A DNA stretch of 64,000 nucleotides from Hormiphora californensis (Eukaryota > Animalia > Ctenophora): positions 8,184,001 through 8,248,000 of the forward strand of contig CM035355.1 of assembly GCA_020137815.1 (NCBI GenBank), given 5' to 3'. The notes beneath the pieces were generated by a model that was not told the DNA's origin, did not search any database, and saw nothing but the letters and a program-made list of their open reading frames with translations. Of this stretch, positions 23,181 through 34,848 are shown one piece after another. The position numbers and the translations under genes are program-made. The number at the start of each line of letters is the position of its first letter. Within the stretch, counting starts at the first letter, position 1.

Positions 23181-24133
23181 AAATCTTGGACAAAATTTGT
23201 AACAAGCTAATTTCTTCACCAACTGGCTCAGATGGGTGTCTAGTAATGCCAAAAAAAATCAATGATGATCGGGAGCGCGCAGTGCGCACGCTCCGTAGCG
23301 CGCGAAAATGCTTCACGTGCATTTCTAGCTTAGAACAAAAAATGAAAACCAACTTAGGAAAGGAGTAGAGACAAATCTGAGGGCACTAAAATGTGTAGCG
23401 TCCTCGCATTAGTGGGGGTAGGTGCCGGAATTAAGTCTCTATCTCATCTGGTTAATTAGATAATTGGATAATTAGGTTTGCGCATAACCGTTTTTTGGCT
23501 ATACGGCTATAGCCACTTAGGAATGGTTTAGAGACTTTTCACTGGTGCCATTTTGTTCAGAACAAAATTTTAATCTAAGAGTTGTGGAAAAATTTAGGGC
23601 CTATCTCTTACCGTTTAGGCGTAATTTGCGCTGAAGGGATGCCAAATTAGTCGAAAATGCGAAAAAATGAGTTAATTGGCTTCCTTTCACCGCAAATTAC
23701 GCCTAAACGGTAAGAGATAGGCCCTAAATTTTTCCACAACTCTTAGATTAAAATTTTGTTCTGAACAAAATGGCACCAGTGAAAAGTCTCTAAACCATTC
23801 CTAAGTGGCTATAGCCGTATAGCCAAAAAACGGTTATGCGCAAACCTAATTATCCAATTATCTAATTAACCAGATGAGATAGAGACTTAATTCCGGCACC
23901 TACCCCCACTAATGCGAGGACGCTACACATTTTAGTGCCCTCAGATTTGTCTCTACTCCTTTCCTAAGTTGGTTTTCATTTTTTGTTCTAAGCTAGAAAT
24001 GCACGTGAAGCATTTTCGCGCGCCACGGAGCGTGCGCGCTCCCGATCATCATTGATTTTTTTTGGCATTACTAGACACCCATCTGAGCCAGTTGGTGAAG
24101 AAATTAGCTTGTTACAAATTTTGTCCAAGATTT
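23181..24133. mobile_element. About 950-bp foldback (palindromic) element
   Basis: 23181-23633 is a near-perfect reverse complement of 23690-24133, with a short central spacer. Confidence 0.85.
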
Positions 24134-24316
24134 TCACCAATACTCCCTAATTAGTGAGGGATAGGATTGGTTAGATAATGTTGTGAAATTGGTTGGGATT
24201 GGTTTAATTATCATGTAAACCATGGTATAAAAATTGAAACACTTTTGTGGCAAACATTATATGTTTCATGATGTCAATTAAATGACACCAATTATGGTAT
24301 AATATATAATCAAGTA

Positions 24317-24530
24317 CTAACCGGTGTCTGCAATCCTATTAATTGTAGGACGCCCGTAGTTAAACTTGGAATAATCCCCACTGGTTGAGTTGAATGATTG
24401 GTCTCCAGAGGGTCCCTCCATCTCAGACTTGGGTCGGTATGGTTCACTTCTCCCGGTGGGTTCCCCCGTGTATTGGTAGGAATAGCTGGTTATACCCTGT
24501 TGGGAGGGATAGAGGGATAGAGAGATAGAA

Positions 24531-24607
<77 letters not shown>

Positions 24608-25366
24608 GATAGAGAGGTGACCCATACTTCTAGTTTTCTGGTTGAGTTTTTCATCTGAGTTCTCGGTCGAGTGGGTATGTTAACAGCTTTGGTTGTTTTC
24701 ACAAGTTTCACCCCATCAACAGGAGGCTTCACACCCCCTGATGGGTGGTAGTTCTTCCCGGAGTAGGGTCGGTATGCATCCATCAACGTAGTCGCACCCT
24801 CAACCCTGAGAAATAGTTGTTACCATGGTGATATGTTACAGTCGCACCCTCAACCCTGAGAAATAGTTGTTACCATGGTGATATGTTACAGTCGCACCCT
24901 CAACCCTGAGAAATAGTTGTTACCATGGTGATATGTTACAGTCGCACCCTCAACCCTGAGAAATAGTTGTTACCATGGTGATATGTTACAGTCGCACCCT
25001 CAACCCTGAGAAATAGTATTGCAGAAAATGGAAAATAAAAATGTTTGTTTCTCACACGGCGCGGCGTAGACTTGTAAGTTATTGTTATTACTTAACAAGT
25101 CTATCTGCCTAGCTCCGTCTCGGTCTAAAAGATGGTAGAGACCGTTTCAGACGTGCCGTCTAAACGGGCTTCAGGCACTGTACTAATACTCACTTATCGG
25201 TAGAGAATGTAAGGCAATCTTTGGGGCCAGCTTTTATTATTTTCATCCTCCCGTGACCCACAAAATCAGATCCCACGGTGGAAGACAACTCCCTTTGTCC
25301 CTCAAACAAGTTCAGAGAGTCAGGGAAGGCATATGCGGTGGGACGGTAGTCGGCTAATTTGTTCAT
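24317..25366 (-). CDS. SAXO/FAM154-like axonemal microtubule-stabilising protein, 3 exons: 25366-25194, 24805-24628, 24496-24317 (176 aa)
   Basis: All junctions are GT-AG and in phase. MNKLADYRP...LFEGQRELSSTVGSDF...K|VEGATTLMDAYRPY...KLE|GITSYSYQY...RPTINRIADTG* shows repeated EG.T/S...DY/F motifs like SAXO Mn repeats. The family call is by motif resemblance only. Confidence 0.7.
24791..25016 (-). repeat. 50-bp tandem array (4.5 copies) spanning the exon 2 acceptor of the SAXO-like gene
   Basis: Minus-strand unit TGTAACATATCACCATGGTAACAACTATTTCTCAG|GGTTGAGGGTGCGAC; five identical acceptors spaced 50 bp apart. Confidence 0.92.
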
Positions 25367-25970
25367 AGCTTGTTATATATCGCCTGTGTGTGATTCTGTT
25401 AATCAAAATACCATCACTGGGCAAGTTCAGACCAGGGTAGTAAGATCATCAGAGAGTTTCAATCATGAGACTGATATCGCCATGACAACGCATTGTACAA
25501 AACAGCAGCTTATACAGAATGAATTGCGTACACATATCACACACACACACACACTCTCTCTTTCTCTTTCTCACAATTTATATGAAGCTGAAGGAACTAT
25601 ATATAAAAGTATAGTGAGTTTACTTTAATCAATTAGCAGAAAACTGGAATTTAATCAATCACATTAGTGAGTATTCGTGATAGCATATGTGGACTAAGCG
25701 AACTAAACAAGCTGACAAGCAAAGCATGGTGGTAGGAACCAATCAGAACTCGTTATTTAGGTCACGTGACTGGTTATCAGCCAATCAGGGACCAGTATTC
25801 CATCAGTGATTACTAAGCGAACTGAACGAGCTGGCAAGCAAAGCACGATATGGTAGCAAGGCATGGTGGTTATATAATATATATACTATATATATACTAT
25901 GAGGAACGATAAGGTAGCAAGCAAAAGGAACAATCATTATATGCATTTCTCACTCTCTCTCTGTCTCTCT

Positions 25971-26018
<48 letters not shown>

Positions 26019-26057
26019 GTCTCTGTCTTTCTCTCTTCTTCTGTCTCTGTCTCTTCA

Positions 26058-27282
26058 TCTCGACAAGGTTGATATCCGTCTTCTTCTTGTCAAGATACGG
26101 CGTTACGGTGTGCATCCTCAGATCGTTGACTGGTTAGAGTCCTTTTTGACCGGCCGTAAACAAAAAGTCGTATTGGACGGCTGCCAATCTGAGATTGCAC
26201 TGATCATTAGTGGTGTTCCCCAAGGTACTGTCTTGGGCCCGCTTCTATTCCTGATTTTCATCAATGATCTGGAGAGTGAAGCACTGAATGCTATCCTGAG
26301 CTTCTTTGCGGACGATTCTCGAGTCAGTATGGAAATCACTAATGAGAGTGACACTGTGAAACTACAGCAAGATCTTGATAGAGTAATGCAGTGGTCATCA
26401 AGAAACAACATGGTGCTCAACGAGGACAAATACGAACTAATGGTTCACCATCACCAAAGGGGCGCACTAATCAAGGAGCTCCCTATGACAGGGGTGTTTT
26501 ACTCTACTAGCGGTGATACCTTGTTAGCACCATCGGACCAGCTCAGAGATTTGGGTGTAACTGTGTCCGAGGATCTTTCCTGGAGGCCCCACTATGTGAA
26601 TCTTACGACAAAAGGTCGACGCATGGCTCAGTGGGTGTTTGGCGTATTCAGTAGCAGAGATCCGGAACTCATGGTCAGTCTCTACAAAACCATGGTGAGG
26701 AGCACTATGGAGTACTGTTCTCCGCTTTGGTCCCCCCAGATGGTAGGCGATATCCAGCTCTTGGAGTCTGTGCAGCGCAGGTTTACATCCAAGATTGCCG
26801 GAATGAAGGACTTGGACTATTGGCAACGCCTCAAGTACCTTGGCCTCATGTCGCTCCAGAGGCGAAGAGAGCGGTATGTGATTCTACACGTACACAAAAT
26901 CCTTCACGGGGCAGCTCCAAATGAAGTTGATATTAAGTTTCATCGCACTTCAAGGCACGGTCTAAAAGCAGTCCTGCCAGATCTCTCAAGAGTTAAAAGC
27001 AAGAGGAATTCTACCCTCTATGCCAACTCCTTCGGTACATTTGGACCGAAACTATGGAACTGCATCCCGGCTGACCTCAGAGAGATTGGAGACCTAGCGT
27101 CCTTCAAAGCAAGTTTGGATCTCTTCCTAAGAGAGGTTCCAGATTTGCCACCAACCCCCGGATACCCAGCTAATAACAGAAATTTGTTGACTGAGTGGTG
27201 CGGGGGAATCAGGCGGTTCGGAGAACAACGGATGGCCCTCTAACTTGGAAAACCCTTCATAAGTAATCATAAGTAATCATCT
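26058..27282 (+). mobile_element. 5'-truncated CR1/L2-group LINE (RT domain, ORF 26110-27243) inserted in a CT-rich microsatellite
   Basis: DKVD..LL.K, SGVPQGTVLGPLLFLIFINDL, FADD, RDLGV motifs; 3' tail (ATAAGTAATC)2. Confidence 0.9.
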
Positions 27283-27682
27283 GTCTCTATATCTTTGTCT
27301 CTGCCTCTGTTTCTATATCTCTGTCTCTGTTTCTGTCTCTGTCTCTGTCTCTGTCACTCTGTCTCGTCTCTGTTTCTGTCTCTGTTTCTATATCTCTGTC
27401 TCTGTCTCTGTATCTCTGTCTCTGTATCTCTGTCTCTGTCTGTCTCTATCTCTATCTCTATCTCTATCTCTGTCTCTATCTCTGTCTGTCTCTGTCTCTG
27501 TCTCTGTCTCTGTTTCTGTCTCTATCTTTGTCTCTGTCTGTCTCTCCCTCTCTCTGTCTTCTACTCCAGTTTTTTACATGTTTGTTTCATCTTTTCCTTA
27601 AAATTAAAAAAACTAAATAGTAGAACGTTCTAACTGGTTAGTAAAAAAATGACCTGCCTTCCATATCTTACTAACCCTTCAG

Positions 27683-27821
<139 letters not shown>

Positions 27822-28242
27822 ATCTCTCTCTATATTTTCTCGTCGTCAAGTCAGATCATTGCAAGCAAAATGTTAAACGATTTTACACGGAGCGCCCATA
27901 CATGTGAATTGTAAACTTTAAATTTCTGCTTTTTCTCCTCCTCTTTCCTATTGCTCCTCCTCTTTCCTTTTTCTCCTCTTTTCTCTCCGACCCTGTATTG
28001 CTCAAGTAAGGAATGAAGATACAATAACTCCTCCTCTGCTCACAAACATGATAGTGGGAATAGGAAATAAACCGATTTCTTTGAGTTTATCAAACAATAA
28101 AACATTTTAATTGTACAATTAAACAAACAAATCTGAAACCAAAATCTCGTCAATCAGCTGCCCTGTCAGATTGACCCATGTCCATACAATGATTAATTAA
28201 AAAATATCATTCCCACGTCATTCTCTATATCTCACTCCACAT

Positions 28243-31200
28243 TCAGATCTTGTCCTGTATCAACCTCAATTTCTCATCCTCCTCGCTAGTATCCAGACTG
28301 GAGTCTACCACCTCCCCGGTCTGATTCCTGGTTCTGGCCAGGAACCGTGACAGAAAGGAGTCTTTTCGGGGAGCCCGTCCGAAGATGAGGAGCACGACAG
28401 TGATAATTCCCAGTGAAATGAGGTACGCCACCCAGAAGGAGTAGAGGTTTAACCCAACAATGAGGTCCCCGAGAATCAAGGAGATCACTCCAAGAGGAAT
28501 GCAAAATGTTGACATCACTTTTAGATGGTCTATCATTGGGCAACCTGGCGAGAGGGGGCGTTTCAATCAATCAATCAATTAATGAGAATGAGAATTGTGC
28601 AGTATCTGCTATGAAGGGGTGTGTGTGTATTTATGAAGGAGCAGCTACCTGTAAATAGAACCCCTGCAATTGTGGTATCTGCAATGGGGGAGCAAAGATT
28701 TCCAAAAACAGAGCTGCTGCAAGCGGCAGCGATTGTCTTTAGATAGAGCTCTTCGTCTTCAGTTAGGTGGACAATCACTGGTATTACCAGAGGGAATATG
28801 ATACCTAGAGAGATAGAGAGATAGAGAGATAGAGAGATAGAGATAGAGATAGAGATAGAGATAGAGATAGAGAGATAGAGATAGAGATAGAGATAGAGAG
28901 ATAGAGAGATAGAGAGATAGAGAGATAGAGAGATAGAGAGATAGAGAGATAGAGAGATAGAGAGATAGAGAGATAGAGAGATAGAGAGATAGAGAGATAG
29001 AGAGATAGAGAGATAGAGATAGAGAGATAAATATAACCTTGAGTTCCAAGAGCTGATCCACTGGCATAGGACATTGCGTATCCGATAAGGCAGACGATTG
29101 CAGGGAAGTATTCAACCTTCATACTGTCACCCAGAGCTGAAATATAATTATATATAATTATTGACCTAACCACCATACGGGGGGGGGGGTTCTCAATTGT
29201 TTCACCGTACAGGTGAGACAGGGTCGAACACACAACCACAAATGTAGATTGACTTTATCCCTAAAGATATTATTTTACCTAATGCAATGTATTGGCTGGT
29301 ATGAATATCGTTCATTGCAATACCCAGAGCCCACGCTAGCACCAAGATCATAACGGGTTCTGACATCCCTTTAACTCCCTCTACAAAGTGCTCCAACAAC
29401 TTGGACATGCCCAGGATCCGCTGAGACATCACCATCACCTGAGGAATGTAAAGATGTAACCATGGTAACTATGGTAACCATGGTAACCATGAGATGTAAA
29501 GTTGAATCCTGTAACCATGGTAACCATCACCGTGTTGTCACTGAGAACACGGCGGTGACACTGACAAATGTAGTTGATCCCTTCTTTGTAACTCAGATAA
29601 TGGGAGATTATACAACAGTAGGGGGGGGGTGACACGTAACACTTTGTAACACTTTGTAACATGTGCAGAAAACTTTTTGTGCACGTTACATGTTACAAAG
29701 TGTTACAAAGTGTTACAAAGTGTTACAAAGTGTTACAAAATGTTACAAAGTGTTACAAAATGTTACAAAGTGTTACAAAATGTTACAAAATGGGTATTTT
29801 TTGCAACATTTTGCAACATTTTGCAACATTTTATAACATTTTGTAACACTTTGTAACACTTTGTAACGCTTGTAACACTTTGTAACATGTGCAGAAAATA
29901 TTTTGTGCACGTTACATGTTACAAAGTGTTACAAAGTGTTACGTGTCACCCCCCCCCAACAGTACAACACGGTCCAGTGGTTACCATGGTTACACAATTA
30001 CCATGGTAATGAGAAGAGACACAGTGCAGTTACCATGGTAATGAGAAGAGACACAGTACAGTTACCATGGTAATGAGAAGAGACACAGTACAGTTACCAT
30101 GGTAATAATAAGAGACACAGTGCAGTTACCATGGTATTGATAAGAGACACAGTGCAGTTACCATGGTAATGAGAAGAGACACGGTGCAGTTACCATGGTA
30201 TTGATAAGAGACACAGTGCAGTTACCATGGTAATGAGAAGAGACACAGTACAGTTACCATGGTAATGAGAAGAGACACAGTGCAGTTACCATGGTAATGA
30301 GAAGAGACACGCTGGTTCCAATTATGAGAGAGTTGATGGAGTTGCTGTGGCTCACACAGTTCAGGAAGTTATCAGGCAGTCCACTACCCTCTATTGCCGT
30401 CTTTCCTAATTAGGAGGTAAATAGGAGTTAAGTAGGAGTTAATTGAAAGTCACTATAGATTAATTACCAACAATGTTCATCTAAACGATGAAACTAAACG
30501 CTCGCTCAAGTGTGAAACGCAACCTACTAGTACTACCAAATTAAAAAAGTAATTAATTACCAACTAATTACCAACTAATTACTAACTAATTACTAACTAA
30601 TTACCAACTAATTACCAACTAATTACTAACTAATTACCAACTAATTACTAACTAATTACCAACTAATTACTAACTAATTACTAACTAATTACTAACTAAT
30701 TACTAACTAATTACCAACTAATTACTAACTAATTACTAACTAATTACTAACTAATTACTAACTAGTTACCAACTAATTACTAACTAATTACCAACTAATT
30801 ACTAACTAATTACCAACTAATTACTAACTAATTACCAACTAATTACTAACTAATTACCAACTAATTACTAACTAATTACCAACTAATTACTAACTAATTA
30901 CTAACTAATTACTAACTAATTACTAACTAATTACTAACTAATTACTAACTAATTACTAACTAATTACTAACTAATTACTAACTAATTACTAACTAATTAC
31001 TAACTAATTACTAACTAATTACTAACTAATTACTAACTAATTACTAACTAATTACTAACTAATTACTAACTAATTACCAACTAACTACTAACTAATTACC
31101 AACTAATTACTAATTACTACTTGACCTACCATCAAAGTACATCTGTACAATTGATATAACCACGAGTGCCACAAGGGGTATAATTGCATTGTACCACCGA

Positions 31201-32121
31201 GCTGGTATCTTTTCATGTTTTCTATCCTCATCATCATCTTCCTGGATGTTACCTACTGTCAGTCTCATCCCCTCCTCATACCTTATCATCGGCTCTGGGA
31301 TTGGAGAGAGATTGTTACTTTAACTAGGAGAGAGAGAGAGAGAGATTGTTACTTTAACTAGGAGAGAGAGAGAGAGAGACAGTCTCATCCCCTCCTCATA
31401 CCTTATCATGGGCTCTGTAATGAGTTATAGGGGATTGGAGGGGGGGGGGGGGGGGTATAGAGTGAATATCATCGGCTCTGTATTGGGGGAGTTAGGGAGA
31501 GCTGTTTGTTTGTTTTTTCTACTGTTGGCACGCCAGGCTAGTTTTTTTCGGGAAGGGAAGGGCCAGTGCATGGTGATAGAATGTGTGTAACAACTGACCT
31601 ATGTCTTTGTTAATAAACACATAAATGATCACCCCAAAGAGAGCAGAGAGGACAAAGAAGCGGTAGGGAATGGATTGAACGAGGTAGGCGAATCCAGACA
31701 CTTCTTGACCTGCCAGTGAAAAGGCAGACTCAATGTAGCCGATCTGAAAATGTTAAATGTTAGGACATGGTCCTATCAGAGCATTGGCCCGACCATATTA
31801 TCATTTCTCTCAAATAAGAAACTGTGGTCAGAGCATTGGCCTGACAGACATGGTCCTTTTTAGAACATAAAGGTGGAATTGATTGTTGAGTAAGGAATTG
31901 AAACATATATTATATTTATAGGGTCCTAATAATAATAATAATAGGACTCCTATAATTAGGGGTATAATGGGCACAGTGTACCTGAATTCCGGCCCAACTG
32001 GAGAGAGGGCACAAGCTTGAAACCAGCACAGCCATCATGTGAACTATAAAGGAGAATTTCTGAACACTTAGTCCCAACTGTGCCACGAGATTCTTCAGGC
32101 TTTTACCCGATATCATTATAC
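28243..32121 (-). CDS. NhaC-family (Na+/H+ antiporter) membrane protein, C-terminal 8 exons: 32121-31982, 31743-31599, 31294-31130, 30405-30290, 29438-29279, 29136-29038, 28804-28649, 28544-28243
   Basis: All eight exons splice GT-AG in frame. Motifs SVQKFSFIVH...LCPLSSW, SIPYRFF, PARWYNAIIP, ILVLAWALG, SYASGSALGTQGIIFP and VFGNLCSPIADTT...GCPMIDH parallel NhaC (SREKLAYIVD..PISSW; TGTSWGT; FGDHCSPISDTT..GC.HIDH). N-terminal exons not found. Confidence 0.85.
29621..29957. mobile_element. Palindromic MITE (G9-TGACACGTAAC ... GTTACGTGTCA-C9) with internal 10-bp TGTTACAAAG repeats; TSD (C)AACAGTA
   Basis: Inverted ends and a 7-8 bp direct repeat on both flanks; lies in an NhaC intron. Confidence 0.8.
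29998..30310 (-). repeat. 32-bp tandem array (10 copies) spanning the donor of NhaC exon 30405-30290
   Basis: Minus-strand unit GTGTCTCTTCTCATTACCATG|GTAACTGCACT. Confidence 0.92.
30550..31120. repeat. 11-bp intronic minisatellite (ACTAATTACYA)n
   Basis: About 50 tandem units. Confidence 0.92.
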
Positions 32122-32122
32122 C

Positions 32123-32395
32123 TGGGGTGGGGTGGAGGTAGGGTGGAGGTAGGGTGGATGGGGTGGAGGTAGGGTGGGTGGGGTGGAGGTAGGGTGGATG
32201 GGGTGGAGGTAGGATGGGTGGTGGTAGGGTGGATGGGGTGGAGGTAGGGTGGGTGGGGTGGAGGTAGGGTGGATGGGGTGGAGGTAGGATGGGTGGTGGT
32301 AGGGTGGGTGGGGTGGAGGGTAGGGTGGAGGTAGGGTGGATGGGGGTGAGGTAGGGTGGGTGGAGGTGGTGGTGGGAGGTGGGGTGGAGTGTGGT
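32123..32395. repeat. G-rich repeat (GGGTGGAGGTA/GGGTGGATG) abutting the NhaC exon acceptor; same motif at 34849-34938
   Basis: Direct reading. Confidence 0.85.
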
Positions 32396-33001
32396 GTGCA
32401 CAAGGAATCCAGCAACCTAGGGGGTGGAAGGGGGGGGGGGTTAGCTGATGGAGTCATTGAGAATTGTGATCATCTAATTATTAGATTCTAATAGATGCCA
32501 TCGATAACATTAACTAGCTTGAAAGACAAGCCTATGATGTATGTACTGCGTGTTTTGCTCTTGACATTATCTCGCTAGGCCATGTTCAGACAGTATAATA
32601 ACTATGCGAAGTATTTATTTAAAAGTATAACAACAGGGCGCCTCCATGACCTTTTTAATGTCGCTCACTAGCTTCTCAGTACATTTTTCTAAGCGGTATA
32701 TCAAACATTTCTTTGTTTTGTGTGTTTGTGCTCTCCTTTCTTTGTGATTTGTAGTTAGAAACATCATTAATGACCGGCCCATGTCAGAGTCATGGCTGTC
32801 AGCATTGGTCTAATAGTGGCCTCGTGTAGTGTTCTCCCTTAGAATTCACTATAGTAACATTATAGTAAAAACATCACTCACCTGATCTCTCTTAACCACT
32901 CTACTCATTTGCCTAGTGCAGTTCTAAATGGTTCGCCCCAATGGCACAGTCTAGGTAATAGTATCACAACCTTTACTAAATTACTAATTAGTACAACTCA
33001 C

Positions 33002-33999
33002 CTCCCTTTCTCATGGCGAGAGATCCCTCAGTTCCGAACTTAGGGAACTTCTTTGATGCGGACAGGAAGTGTTTGTATTCGTAGATCTTGAACTTGGCTT
33101 TGCCGTCAATGTTTCGATGGGGGAACATGGCTTCAAAATCAGCCTGCTTGTAGAAGGCATCGATACCAGCTGAAAATAACTTTACTAAAAATCATATCAA
33201 TGCTGAAATTAATTCAACTTTGAACTTTGAGATGTCATGTGGCTGTATTATAATAGTTCTGCATGTAACATCAAAATACAATACTTCTGCTACTAGTTAG
33301 TACATGGCTGACAGTTGTTATATGTATCGATATTATGAATATTGTACCGTTAATAATTGTACGATATGACAGTAGTAATATATTTCTACTGTAGACATAG
33401 TGTAACACTCCAATTGTCACAATGCCACATGTGTGTAGTGTTTAAATATAAATTAACATTGCTCCATGTGTTGTATCTTACTTAATGAAATTAGTATAAT
33501 TTTCATATCAGTTACATAATAATCCTTGCACAGCGAGGACTTTTGTTTTCCATAGTTTTCATTTAGTTTAACCGATATGGAATTGATGATGATATCCGTA
33601 TCGCTTTACTATTAGCACATTAAGGGGTAAAACAGTCGTGCCTGCAAACCTCTTGCTCGGGCCACGGCGATTTTCCACTGAGACCTGAGGTTCAGGCAAG
33701 ACTGTTTTCCCCCTAACTATAATGGTAACTATGGTAACTATGATGGTAACTATGGTAAATATGGTAACTATGGTAACCGACTTACTGCCAGGTTCAGGGG
33801 TAGGAGCGGGTTCTATAATGGTAACTATGGTAACTATGGTAACGGACTTACTGCCAGGTTCAGGGGTAGGGGCGGGTTCTTTGGTAGGCTCTGGCTCCTG
33901 TGTGGGGGGATCCGTGGGAGGGTCAGTAGGGGCCTTGGTTGGTCCGGGGTTGCAGTCAACGTTGGCGGGCCAATCACAGTACTTTGCCACCCAGTTAAA
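33002..33999 (-). CDS. Partial chitinase: CBM14 (peritrophin-A) C-terminal half, Pro/Thr linker and GH19 catalytic-domain N-terminus; exons 33999-33852 and 33169-33002
   Basis: FNWVAKYCDWPANVDC (CBM14 signature)-PGPTKAPTDPP...PEPG|TGIDAFYKQADFEAMFPHRNIDGKAKFKIYEYKHFLSASKKFPKFGTEGSLAMRK, which resembles GH19 (FDQML.HRN...FYTY.AF..AA..FP.FGT.G....RKRE). Phase-1 GT-AG junction. Confidence 0.75.
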
Positions 34000-34014
34000 C
34001 TGAAATGAGAGAGA

Positions 34015-34405
34015 GGTAACTAGTGGTAACCATAATGGTAACTAGTGGTAACCATAGTGGTAATTATATGGTAACTAGAGGTATCTAGTGGTAACCATAA
34101 TGGTAACCATAGTGGTAACTATGGTAACTAGTGGTAACCATAGTGGTAACTAGTGGTAACTAGTGGTAACTAGTGGTAACCATAGTGGTAACTAGTGGTA
34201 ACTAGTGGTGACTAGTGGTAACTACATGGTAACTAGTGGTAACCATAGTGGTAACTAGTGGTAACTAGTGGTAACTAGTGGTAACCATAGTGGTAACTAG
34301 TGGTAACTAGTGGTGAATAGTGGTAAATACATGGTAACTAGTGGTAACCATAGTGGTAACTATGGTAAATAGTGGTAACTAGTATAGTGGTAACTTTGGT
34401 TACTA
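34015..34405. repeat. (GGTAACTAGT/GGTAACCATAGT)n minisatellite in the chitinase intron
   Basis: Direct reading. Confidence 0.85.
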
Positions 34406-34748
34406 TTATGACATCTGGATCATAATTAGAAAATATTTGTACTCTGAGTCAGATACACAACTGATCCTCTCGAATAATTAGTTGTGCAAAACTAAAGATT
34501 ACATATCCGATTGTAAGGATTTCTAATGCACATAATATAATTCCATTGAAAGGAATATATTGAAGTGCTGGCATCATGTTTCCGGTGTTGTGACCTCACC
34601 ACCCTACAATATAGAGAGGCAACAACACAGGCATATCACCATAACAACACCGATTCTTAGAACTCTTTAGAGTCGCCGCTCTTTGAGAGATATGGTGATA
34701 ATATCACATACACGTGTCATGTGCCTAATAATGTTTCATTGTGATAAA

Positions 34749-34848
34749 NNNNNNNNNNNNNNNNNNNNNNNNNNNNNNNNNNNNNNNNNNNNNNNNNNNN
34801 NNNNNNNNNNNNNNNNNNNNNNNNNNNNNNNNNNNNNNNNNNNNNNNN
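34749..34848. other. Assembly gap (100 N)
   Basis: Run of n. Confidence 1.
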
